The position numbers and the translations under genes are program-made. From Carpediemonas membranifera BICM (taxonomy: Eukaryota > Protista > Fornicata), in NCBI GenBank assembly GCA_019828565.1, contig JAHDYR010000053.1:284214-348213 (forward strand): DNA of 64,000 nt. Direction: 5' to 3'. Shown here one piece after another: positions 53,791-62,776 of the stretch. The notes under the pieces were generated by a model. That model ran no database searches, had not been told where the DNA came from, and worked only from the letters and a program-made list of their open reading frames with translations. How positions within the stretch are numbered: the stretch's first letter is position 1; each line of letters opens with the position of its first letter.

Positions 53791-54858
53791 ATGTCGGCGG
53801 ATGAGGGCATGGAGATGGCTGCGGTCCCTGAGATGAGAACGAATCGTTCTAACTCAAAACAGGAGCTCCAGCGCACGGTTTATGTGTCCAACATCCCATT
53901 CACTGCGGATTATTCCATGAATTGCCAAGATGAGGGCTCCGTGTACAAGACATTCATCCAATTCGGCAAGATCTACTCTATTACGCCCATGAAGGACAAG
54001 ATCACCGACACATTCAAGGGCATGTGCTTTATCCAGTTCGCCAACAAGAGCGCTGCTCGCAAGAGCTTCTATCGGGCCGGCGGCCCGGATCAGGACACAT
54101 CTGCGCTCATCACAGACGACGGCCAGGCGGAAAGAATAGAGATTGGCGGCCAGAAGGTCCTAGTTCTCCTTGCAATAAGCAAGGATGCCGCCATCAAGAA
54201 GCGCGAGGAGGCCACCGCCAAAAACGAGCACGATATCCGCTTCGTGAAGAACACTGGTGTCGACAGGCGGAACACCCACCTCCTCACGGTCGGACTGATC
54301 CTGACCGGGACCCCCGAGGCCGACGGCGTGTCCGAGCACGACCTCGAGCGGCGCTTGAACTCATTCCGACAGAGGAAGAGCAGACTCCGGTCATCCCCCA
54401 ACGTATCAGTCAGCGACACGCGTCTGTGCGTCAGGAACTTGCCCAAGACGATCTCTGACGCAAAGTTCAAGCAAATTGCGGTGGATGCCGCCGTAGCCGT
54501 CGGACTGACCGAGGATGACGTGATCGAGAGCCGTGTGATCCGTGAAGGCCACATGGCCAACGCTCCTGGCCGCGGTTTCGGGTTCTGGGGCTTGAAGACG
54601 ACCGAGGGGGCTCTCGGCGTCCTCAAACAAGTGAACAACAGTGAGACCATCTTCACAGCACTTCGCAGGCCTATTGTGGAGTTCTCAGTGGAGGATTCGA
54701 AGAAGATCCACATCAGAGAGGAGGGCAAGGCCAGGCAGAGGGATGTTGCCACGGGAAAGGTCGCCGCGAAGAAGAAGAAGCGCGCGGGGCGTGGTTTCAA
54801 CGGTAAGGACAACGGGAAGGGCAAGGGAAAGGGCAAGAAACCCGCCCGGGCCGATTAA
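53791..54858 (+). CDS. NOP4: Nop4/RBM28-like nucleolar RRM protein (two RRMs only)
   Basis: RTVYVSNIPF, KGMCFIQF, DRRNTHLL..GLI..GTPEADGVSEHDLERR, VSDTRLCVRNLPK, RPIVEFSVED. Confidence 0.82.
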   Translation: MSADEGMEMAAVPEMRTNRSNSKQELQRTVYVSNIPFTADYSMNCQDEGSVYKTFIQFGKIYSITPMKDKITDTFKGMCFIQFANKSAARKSFYRAGGPDQDTSALITDDGQAERIEIGGQKVLVLLAISKDAAIKKREEATAKNEHDIRFVKNTGVDRRNTHLLTVGLILTGTPEADGVSEHDLERRLNSFRQRKSRLRSSPNVSVSDTRLCVRNLPKTISDAKFKQIAVDAAVAVGLTEDDVIESRVIREGHMANAPGRGFGFWGLKTTEGALGVLKQVNNSETIFTALRRPIVEFSVEDSKKIHIREEGKARQRDVATGKVAAKKKKRAGRGFNGKDNGKGKGKGKKPARAD

Positions 54859-55063
54859 GTAAAGTTTGCGGATGGTGGTCGAATTGCAGCTTGCCCATGT
54901 GATGCCAAACGGGCAAAGATGGGATCATCGTGGTCGCAGACGCATTCGAGAACAGACGCGGCTTTCACGGCGACGTTGGACCTCAGCCGATCTCGAGCTG
55001 CCGACAGAGATTTGACTCGACCTCGAGTCGGATTCGAAAGTGCAACGCCCGAGGTCGAAACGA

Positions 55064-55690
55064 ATGCGGGGGCTCACTTTGGCAGGTGTTATGGTGTGCT
55101 TCATGCTTATACACGTAGCTTCAGCAGCAGAAGGTGTGGATATCACCTGGTCTTGGCGTGGAATGGATGGAACTGTCGATTGCTTCTTCATTGAGACCCA
55201 GCACCACGGGCTGATCAATGGAAACTGCTTCATCGAGTCCACTATCGATAACTACTGCCACATCAAGTACAGCAACATCTCTTCCGTTGAAGTGAGCAAC
55301 TGCACCGATTGGTGCAACAACGTGCAGTACACGCGCTGGAACAGCGACATCGTAGTGGGTATAGACCACCGTGGCCTCAAGTGCCAGATTAACTCGGGCT
55401 GGGGCGTGCTCTTCTACTACGTCCTGCTTATCGCCGTCCACTTTGTTGTCCTATGCGGCCTGGGTCTCGGATGCATAGCTTTCTTCACAGCTTGCAACCC
55501 CTGCTGCTGCATCACCGTGCCGTGTATGGCGACGTGTTCTGTGTTCTGCTGTCCAGTGGTCACTATCCCATTGGTGCCGCCGAGTCTCATCGTTCTTTCG
55601 CTCTCAACAGTAACAGCTGGTGTAGTCATCGTGGCAAAGATTTATGGGTACACGCAGTTCGACTATCCGTTTGACTTGTCGTCCTGGTGA
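55064..55690 (+). CDS. Small Cys-rich membrane protein (signal peptide, Cys ectodomain, 2 TM-like segments)
   Basis: MRGLTLAGVMVCFMLIHVASA leader; hydrophobic VLFYYVLLIAVHFVVLCGLGLGCIAFF; CNPCCC and FCCP clusters. Confidence 0.7.
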   Translation: MRGLTLAGVMVCFMLIHVASAAEGVDITWSWRGMDGTVDCFFIETQHHGLINGNCFIESTIDNYCHIKYSNISSVEVSNCTDWCNNVQYTRWNSDIVVGIDHRGLKCQINSGWGVLFYYVLLIAVHFVVLCGLGLGCIAFFTACNPCCCITVPCMATCSVFCCPVVTIPLVPPSLIVLSLSTVTAGVVIVAKIYGYTQFDYPFDLSSW

Positions 55691-55888
55691 CCATAGCCAG
55701 TGGTGAACGTCTGTTTAAAATAGTTGATGGGATTCGGGTTTAGAATCAGAGATTCCAGTTCGATAATGGGGAGATATCATAGTGTGCTGGAATGGCGTGA
55801 CAGAGTGGGAGCTCGGCGAGGCTCGGATTTGTGTAAGGTGCATTTTATGCGAAAACTATCCGAAACTTCTAGAGCGTCAAGATTAACA

Positions 55889-57532
55889 ATGGGTGGCGCT
55901 GCAGGACGTTTCAAACCAGATCATATTAGGAATAAGTACGCGCAAGCGTTGTATCGTGAGTTCAAGGACCGTTACCAAGACTCTGCGCAGGAAAAGAGTG
56001 AATCCACCTCCTCCGCCATCACTGCGGCAGTATTTTCCGTTTTTGAGATGCAAGAGGAGTCCAGCGACTCGCTAGTTCTAGATTTTGCGCAGACAAGCCT
56101 CGACGACGTCTCCTTGAGCGTCATTGTCCAACTCGTCGCCGTCTCAGCAGCTGTAGGGTACCTCAACCTGAACAACAAGTCCCTGACCATCGACCATGCC
56201 ACGCTACTGGCCGACGTGCTTCAGTTCAACGTGTCGCTCGAGCATCTCGAGCTAGCTGCATGCGGCCTTACCAGTGCACATATCGACATCATCGCGGACG
56301 CCCTCCGCCGGAACGATACTTTGCTCTCTCTCAACGTGTCCAACAACCAGTTGGGTGTGGAAGGAGTCAAACTGCTCTGTCTCTCCTTGGTCGAGGACGC
56401 CGATGTCCGCGGAGCTCCCTCGCCGATCAGAAGACTCGCACTCAGTGGGGTGGGGCTTGATAACCACGTCTCGGTCATTGCTGATATCATTGGCCTCCTC
56501 CCGCGCCTGTCATCTCTCGCAGTTTGTGACAACAACATTGACGAACGGGGCGGTCAGAAGATTGTGCGGGCGGTCCATGATAGCGCCAGTATCTTGGACC
56601 TGGACGTGAGAGATAATCTCCTCCCAGAAGACCAGCTCGTCCGTGTCACCCAGCTCTGCTCCAGAAACACCTTTGCTCTTGCTCTATTGCAGAAATCAAT
56701 TGATGACTGTCTTGCAGGTGTTACCCGCGATATAGTCGCCCCAAGCGTGGTCCCGTCCAACGCTCTGGACATCAAGGCAGCATACGCAGAGACGGTCGGC
56801 CGCCGACCCGAGATGGAGGACGTCGTGCTGCTCAAGACGCGGTATAGAGACCAACCCGCTGAATACTTCTACGCAGTTTATGACGGCCACGGTGGTCGAG
56901 ACTCGGCAGAATACGCGGCTGCCACGCTCCTCCATCTCATTGCCGAGCGCTGCCCCGCCTCACCTGACCCTGCATCACCCGACGGCCAGACGGCACTCAG
57001 ACTCGCGATTCACAACGCGTTCCTCGAGTGCGCTGGCCAGATGAACGTGCGCGGCATCTCTGACGGCACGACCGCCCTGTGTGCCTGGATCATGGGCGAT
57101 TTTTTGATCACATCAAACGCTGGTGACTCGCGTGCAGTTTTAAGCAGAGAGGGGCGACCGGTCCGACTTTCGTTCGACCATAAGCCTATTGAACCGAGTG
57201 AGCGCCAACGTATCGTATCTTTGGGTGGTTTTGTCGAGGATAAGCGAGTTCTCGGCTCCCTCTCTGTATCGCGTGCCCTGGGCGATTTCTTCCTTGAACC
57301 GTATGTGATTCCGGATCCCTACGTCTCTTTCGAGCGGCTAGGTCCCAAAGATGACTTTATCATTCTTGCTTGCGATGGTCTCTGGGATGTTGTCAGCGAC
57401 CAAGCGGCCGTGAGCCTTGTTGGTAATGAGCGGGATCCTGTTCAAGCTAGCATTAAGCTGCGGGATCAGGCATTTTTACGTGGTAGCACTGATAACATCA
57501 GCGTGCTCGTGATCATGCTCAAGAGCCGGTGA
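55889..57532 (+). CDS. RNI-like LRR + PP2C (PPM) protein phosphatase
   Basis: LRRs (LEHLELAACGL, LLSLNVSNNQLG, LDLDVRDNLL); PP2C motifs GRRPEMED, YDGHGG, NAGDSR, DHKP, SRALGD, LACDGLWDV, GSTDNIS. Confidence 0.92.
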   Translation: MGGAAGRFKPDHIRNKYAQALYREFKDRYQDSAQEKSESTSSAITAAVFSVFEMQEESSDSLVLDFAQTSLDDVSLSVIVQLVAVSAAVGYLNLNNKSLTIDHATLLADVLQFNVSLEHLELAACGLTSAHIDIIADALRRNDTLLSLNVSNNQLGVEGVKLLCLSLVEDADVRGAPSPIRRLALSGVGLDNHVSVIADIIGLLPRLSSLAVCDNNIDERGGQKIVRAVHDSASILDLDVRDNLLPEDQLVRVTQLCSRNTFALALLQKSIDDCLAGVTRDIVAPSVVPSNALDIKAAYAETVGRRPEMEDVVLLKTRYRDQPAEYFYAVYDGHGGRDSAEYAAATLLHLIAERCPASPDPASPDGQTALRLAIHNAFLECAGQMNVRGISDGTTALCAWIMGDFLITSNAGDSRAVLSREGRPVRLSFDHKPIEPSERQRIVSLGGFVEDKRVLGSLSVSRALGDFFLEPYVIPDPYVSFERLGPKDDFIILACDGLWDVVSDQAAVSLVGNERDPVQASIKLRDQAFLRGSTDNISVLVIMLKSR

Positions 57533-57832
57533 GGCTGGGCTGGGGCGCTTTGCTTGCCTGCGGTAGGGTGAATATTGTTGGTAAACACGGTATAGAGTGC
57601 TTGTGTCATGTGGTGCTGAGTCGAGGTCCAGTATCATGGTGCTGACTCTTCGACTTGAGTCAAGGTGGTTGAGGTGGCGACCCAGCAAATCGATCTTGTG
57701 CCGCCAGATGCCAGCAACTTCTGCTAGCTTCTTTATCCGTTCTTTCCGGCAGTCCACTGCTGCTATTCCGGCGTCCGGTTAAAGTGCGGTCTGCATGAAA
57801 AGATTTCTTGCAGAGAATTTCTAGACGACAAC

Positions 57833-58564
57833 ATGAGCGACTCCGAGGAGGAAGTGACAAATATTGGTACCTATGAGGGCGAAAGAAACGAAATCGGCGA
57901 GCGCCATGGCAAGGGCAAGAACGTTTTCCCCAACGCCGACGAGTTCCAGGGCATGTATGAGAAGGGCGTTCGTTCAGGCGAAGGCCAGTACACATGGGCC
58001 TATCTCGGCGTCAAGTACAACGGCGAGTATAGCAACGGCAAGAGAAACGGACAAGGGACGATGACGTACACGAATTCCTCCGTCTACACCGGTCAGTGGG
58101 AGGACGGCGCCCGCCACGGCCACGGGACCTACACCTACCCCAATGGCGATGTATACGAGGGCGAGTGGGAGAAGGGCGTCCCTTCTGGCCACGGGAAATA
58201 CACTATTGCCCGCAACAAGTCTATCCTCGAAGGCACATGGGTACGGGGCCGCATCACCGATGGTGACTACCGCTTCCCCGACGGCACCTTCTACCGCGGA
58301 GAGTTCCGCATGAACCAACCGTTCGGCCGGGGCGAGTACCACTTCCCTCAGCTGGACGCGGACGAGATGATCGTCAAGGGCGAGACTACTGAGCCTAACC
58401 CCCCGGAAATTGAGCCCGAGGAGGATGAGGAGGAAGAAGAAGAAGAGGAGGAAGAGGTCGATGAGAACGGGGAGCCGGTTCCCAAGCCCGAGAAGGTCAA
58501 GGAGATCAAGGATGAGCGGATGCGTCGCATGACCACCGTCTTCACACCCACGCCCAGGCGCTAA
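57833..58564 (+). CDS. RSPH1: MORN-repeat radial spoke head protein 1-like
   Basis: YEGERNEIGERHGKGKNVFPN, tandem MORN repeats, acidic tail. Confidence 0.8.
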   Translation: MSDSEEEVTNIGTYEGERNEIGERHGKGKNVFPNADEFQGMYEKGVRSGEGQYTWAYLGVKYNGEYSNGKRNGQGTMTYTNSSVYTGQWEDGARHGHGTYTYPNGDVYEGEWEKGVPSGHGKYTIARNKSILEGTWVRGRITDGDYRFPDGTFYRGEFRMNQPFGRGEYHFPQLDADEMIVKGETTEPNPPEIEPEEDEEEEEEEEEEVDENGEPVPKPEKVKEIKDERMRRMTTVFTPTPRR

Positions 58565-58752
58565 ATGAACTTATATGCCCAGCTTTTGTTGTATGTTTGA
58601 GAGTTGGATTTGCACAAATGGAGAAAAGTTGGAGGATGTAGGTGGATGCCCAGAAGTGCTGCTTACCGGTGTGTTCTCACGCTGGTGGCGTCAAAAGGCG
58701 TCAAAATCGTAAAGTGCGCAGAAAAGTTTTGCAAACGAACATCTCAACAACA

Positions 58753-59421
58753 ATGCGCCGTGTTTTCGAGGTCAAATACGATTTCAGCGCACAGGAGACA
58801 TCTGAGCTTACGGTCAGGAAGGGCGATATGCTCGTCGAGTGCGCCCAGGATGCCCCCGCCGCAAACGGATGGATTTACGTCGAATTGCAGCTTGATTCTT
58901 CCAAGAAGGGCTTTGTTCCCTACTCCTTCATCGAGGAGGTCTCTAAGCCCATCACTCCGCCCCGCATGCAGGAGGCCAGCACTCCCCTCCGTAGAACAAC
59001 CCTTGAATCCAGCCCCCGCCGCGTTTCCCCCCGCCGCAGCCCTGCAGCGACCCGTTCTATGTACTACTCCGCTGTGAGCCAGCCGTCCACCCGTCTTGCA
59101 GACTACGCCACATCCTCCCCCTCCTGGTCGCCCTCCCGTACTGTTAATCGCCACGAGATGACTTTTACTGGCTCTTCAACCATGCCCCCGCCCGGCGGCC
59201 TGAGGCAGACCACCATGCCCGCCATGCCTTCACACCAGCCTGTGTCGGATGCCGACAACAAGCTGAAGCGCCTGGAGGAGTCCATCGCGGACATCCTGAG
59301 CGAGGTCCGGTCCGCCCAGGAGCAGAATGCCCAGATCGTCCAGCGCGCCACAGAGCTTGAGAACCTCATCGCGGATGAGCGGCGCAACTGGCGCGACGTT
59401 GCTGGTGTGAGCTCGATGTAA
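58753..59421 (+). CDS. SH3-domain protein with C-terminal coiled coil
   Basis: VKYDFSAQETSELTVRKGD...GWI...KGFVPYSFI. Confidence 0.88.
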   Translation: MRRVFEVKYDFSAQETSELTVRKGDMLVECAQDAPAANGWIYVELQLDSSKKGFVPYSFIEEVSKPITPPRMQEASTPLRRTTLESSPRRVSPRRSPAATRSMYYSAVSQPSTRLADYATSSPSWSPSRTVNRHEMTFTGSSTMPPPGGLRQTTMPAMPSHQPVSDADNKLKRLEESIADILSEVRSAQEQNAQIVQRATELENLIADERRNWRDVAGVSSM

Positions 59422-59701
59422 ACTAGAGATCCCGAGATTGAGTGGGGCTGACTGTGTAAAGGAAGCTGAATCGCTACTATTTGCCAAGGTGGAACTACAG
59501 TGGCTTCGTTGGCTTATCCGTAATCTGGATCTCGGAGTTATTTCTGGCGGCGATTTGAAAAAATAGCAGAGCTCTAGCTGGTCTAGCAGGATAGCTGGGA
59601 CGCTCATGGCAGGCTTGGGCTGACGCAGGACTGGGAGGATGACGAGATCAAAAACTTGCCTGAAAGAGACAAAAGGCAGGCGCCAAAAATCACAATACAC
59701 A

Positions 59702-60419
59702 ATGCGTGAAGCTGATCTTGTAGCAGTATGTTTACTATATGGACATGGTTACATAGGGCTTGGAGGAAGACGTCATCCCCACGTTGGATGAGCGTATTGA
59801 GGACATCAAGAGCCGCATCAAGCGCTTGAAGAATACCTCCGGAATGGAGAGAGAGGATGAGCTTGACGAGACCCAGAAGATGATTGCCGGTCTTAGAAAT
59901 GAACTCGACGGCTTCAGGCTCGACGTCGAAGGCCTCGAATCGACCAAAGCCCAATGGAGACAGGTCTACGAGGGCTATGACGAGAAGTACCGTGATCTCA
60001 AGAACGAACTAGAGATGAAACGCCGCCTCCATGGGCAGACGGAGGCCGAGGCGACCCTGGAGCAGGTTGGGCAGGTTACTGATAAGCAGCTGCTCAACAT
60101 CGCACAGAACCTCAACACAGACGCCATCGACAGGCTCCAAGAAGCTGAGCGGGACGTCCAAGAGATGATTGAGATGAACACCGAGGCGGCTAAAGTGCTG
60201 CTCAGTGATCGCGAGACGATGGACCGCATCCGGAACGACATGGGGAGCATCAGGAACGACCTCAACATTGCCAGGAAGCAGATGACAGCCATGGCTCGGC
60301 GGCTGGCGACTGATAAGATCCTGCTGTGCCTCATCCTGATCATCATCATCGTGTTCATCGTTGCGGTGCTCTGGTTCGTCATTTCACCCCCTATCAGCGG
60401 TGACGACTTCACTAAGTGA
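59702..60419 (+). CDS. Qb-SNARE, NPSN/VTI1-type; exons 59702-59725, 59757-60419
   Basis: Habc helices, SNARE motif, ARRLATDK followed by C-terminal TM; ATG supplied by spliced exon MREADLVA. Confidence 0.82.
59726..59756 (+). other. Spliceosomal intron, 31 nt (SNARE)
   Basis: GTATGT...TTACATAG; phase 0. Confidence 0.85.
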
Positions 60420-60521
60420 GGGGCTAGCCTGTATCATGTGTTTTAGTGCAGTTGCGTCGTCGGGCGTTTCATATAAAGCCCCACAAAAATTGGCTTAAGC
60501 TGCACCTCATTTCAAATCGCA

Positions 60522-62483
60522 ATGCTTAAACGCTTCCAGGACGGCTGGAAAAAGACTGTGGATGCTGTTGCTGATGCTGTGGCACCCTCACAGATGCGTT
60601 TGACCCGCTTTGCTATGTCTTGGGAATCTCTATACGACAATCTCGACGTTTCCCCGGAATCCGTGGACATGGCCCAAGCTGAGTGGAAAGCGATGGTCCG
60701 CAGCAAGGCCCAAATCTGCTGCCATGCTATCAACGAGATTCTAGAGCTCCTAGAGGCGGAGTCGAAGAACCCCCCTCCAGTCCAAGACAGCACCTACCTT
60801 CCCTGCATGGAGCACGTTCTTGCAGAGAAGAAGCTGGACAAGCTCTTCATTGCCGGGGCGACTGACATGCCCACCGGGCTAATGGGCCTCGTTCTTGAGT
60901 TTACCACGCATCTCCTGTCCTATGGTCGGGGACAACTGCTGACACTCGCAGCATTCGTTGTTCCTCTGAACGACTTTATGGAGAAACTGATCCAGCACAT
61001 GGGCGACACCCTCACCCCGACCCTCTCTGCCCGCAACAGGGCTCTCCTCGTCACACTTCTCGACCGCATTGCTGATGACATCGAGATCTCCCCAGCCGCG
61101 GCTGCCTCCATGATTCGCAACGGCGTGCCTCTCCCGCTGAAGCTGTGCTCCGAGGTCCTGGATATGGACGAGACAACTGTGCATGAAGCATCCATCCTCC
61201 GCAGGGTCGTCGTCAAATTCAGCGCCCATAGCCCCTTCACCCACGACGAATGGAGCGCATCGAGTGTCGCCCCAGCGCTTATTCGCGGCCTGTGGAAGGC
61301 GCTAGCCACACTCCCCGCCGAGATCCCCAATGTCTTTGCGTTCACCCACGAGTGGGGCGATCGAGACATCCCTCAGGAGGCGAGGACTACATACCAGCTC
61401 AAAGAGCTTCTAAGGAAGATCAGGTCAGTCAATAGAGTGGCTGCGAGCGACGGAGCGCTTGCTGCTCTGCTCGTTGAGGACTTCTCGCTCATGATGCAGG
61501 TTCAGTTCATTCCACGTCTTGTCAGTGGCGACGAGAGGGAGGTGGCCAGGATGACGAGGAACCTTACACTGCTCGTCGAGGAGTCAGCAGAGGCTCTGCT
61601 CAAGGCGATCGCCCAGAGTCTGTTCGGTGACTTCACCTCAGTCGACACTGTCACGTGCGACCTCACGACCATGCAGCCTAAGCGCGTCTCAAAGGCCCCT
61701 GTTGACGAGTACGACGCCCTTCTTCCCGTCATGCCCGGCGACTCTGCTCCATCCGCCTCTACCGCCCCACCGACCCTTCCCCAGACCGACAGGGCGTGGC
61801 CAGTGGTGGCGCAGTGGCTTTTCTCCCGTTTGACCGATCTTGACTCTGCCATCTGTCTCTGGACCATCAGGTTCTTCGCCGCCTGTGTGACTGCGAGATG
61901 TGATGCCCTGAATCAGTGTCTCATGCCCGCCACGCTAAGGCCAGGCAGGGTGAACTGGAAGGCGCTGGTGATCGCCCGCGGGATGGAGTGGGAAGGGTTC
62001 AAGGCTGAGGTCCGCGCTGATGCGGAGAGTATGCTCGAGGCCCGCACCAAGGAGGCTGGTGTCGCTGCTGTCCACGACGCACTCGCAGACGCGCCAAAGA
62101 CCACACCGGCCGGGATGTTTATGACCCAGCTGGCCGCTGCCGTTGCCCACTGGGCGACGAACTCGGCCCGGATCAATATGGCGCTTTCAATGCTCCTCAC
62201 AAACATCGTGACAAACCCACTATACACTGGTGCGGTCGACAACACCGGTGACGGTGACTCCATGTCAGTTTTCAATGCCCTGGGGCTCGCCAAGACCGAG
62301 TGCCAGAGCTTGATCCCGACTGACCACGACGAGCAGCTTGAGGCGCTGGGGCGGGCCGCGGAAGGTGTGAGGGAGGTGCAGGGCGGGACTATTGACCCGC
62401 TGACCAACTCGATCCTGCTCGACCTCACGGCGATTGAACTCGACGAGATTAGCAGCCTGTGCGCCAAGCTCCTGGCGGTGTGA
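60522..62483 (+). CDS. FHIP/FAM160 (RAI16-like) FTS-Hook-interacting protein candidate
   Basis: ILELLEAE...PCMEHVLAEKKLDKL....TDMPTGLMGLVLEFTTHLL and NSARINMALSMLL resemble FHIP family motifs. Confidence 0.6.
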   Translation: MLKRFQDGWKKTVDAVADAVAPSQMRLTRFAMSWESLYDNLDVSPESVDMAQAEWKAMVRSKAQICCHAINEILELLEAESKNPPPVQDSTYLPCMEHVLAEKKLDKLFIAGATDMPTGLMGLVLEFTTHLLSYGRGQLLTLAAFVVPLNDFMEKLIQHMGDTLTPTLSARNRALLVTLLDRIADDIEISPAAAASMIRNGVPLPLKLCSEVLDMDETTVHEASILRRVVVKFSAHSPFTHDEWSASSVAPALIRGLWKALATLPAEIPNVFAFTHEWGDRDIPQEARTTYQLKELLRKIRSVNRVAASDGALAALLVEDFSLMMQVQFIPRLVSGDEREVARMTRNLTLLVEESAEALLKAIAQSLFGDFTSVDTVTCDLTTMQPKRVSKAPVDEYDALLPVMPGDSAPSASTAPPTLPQTDRAWPVVAQWLFSRLTDLDSAICLWTIRFFAACVTARCDALNQCLMPATLRPGRVNWKALVIARGMEWEGFKAEVRADAESMLEARTKEAGVAAVHDALADAPKTTPAGMFMTQLAAAVAHWATNSARINMALSMLLTNIVTNPLYTGAVDNTGDGDSMSVFNALGLAKTECQSLIPTDHDEQLEALGRAAEGVREVQGGTIDPLTNSILLDLTAIELDEISSLCAKLLAV

Positions 62484-62776
62484 AGGCGTGGGTAGCCATA
62501 GGTAAATATCGTATAAATGCCGTAGGTAAATGGCTGGGCTTGGCTTGTGTGTCTATGGGTTTGAAGAGATACAATCATGCTCTTGGATGAACGCTCACAT
62601 CTACTTTGTTTGCGTGAATACGACTTGAATTGGCATCAAGGCCGACTGTAACAGGTAGAGTAAATCGTTTGGACTGTGATCCAATCATGCTGATTTGGGA
62701 TTTATGTGATCTCACGTAATTCGTCAGATTCATGTATCGCATCAGGCACACAGCATAGACAGCCCGTGTGGAGGTA

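Noticed and set aside
58418-58460. GAR trinucleotide run
   Set aside because: Encodes the poly-Glu tail of RSPH1; not an independent repeat element
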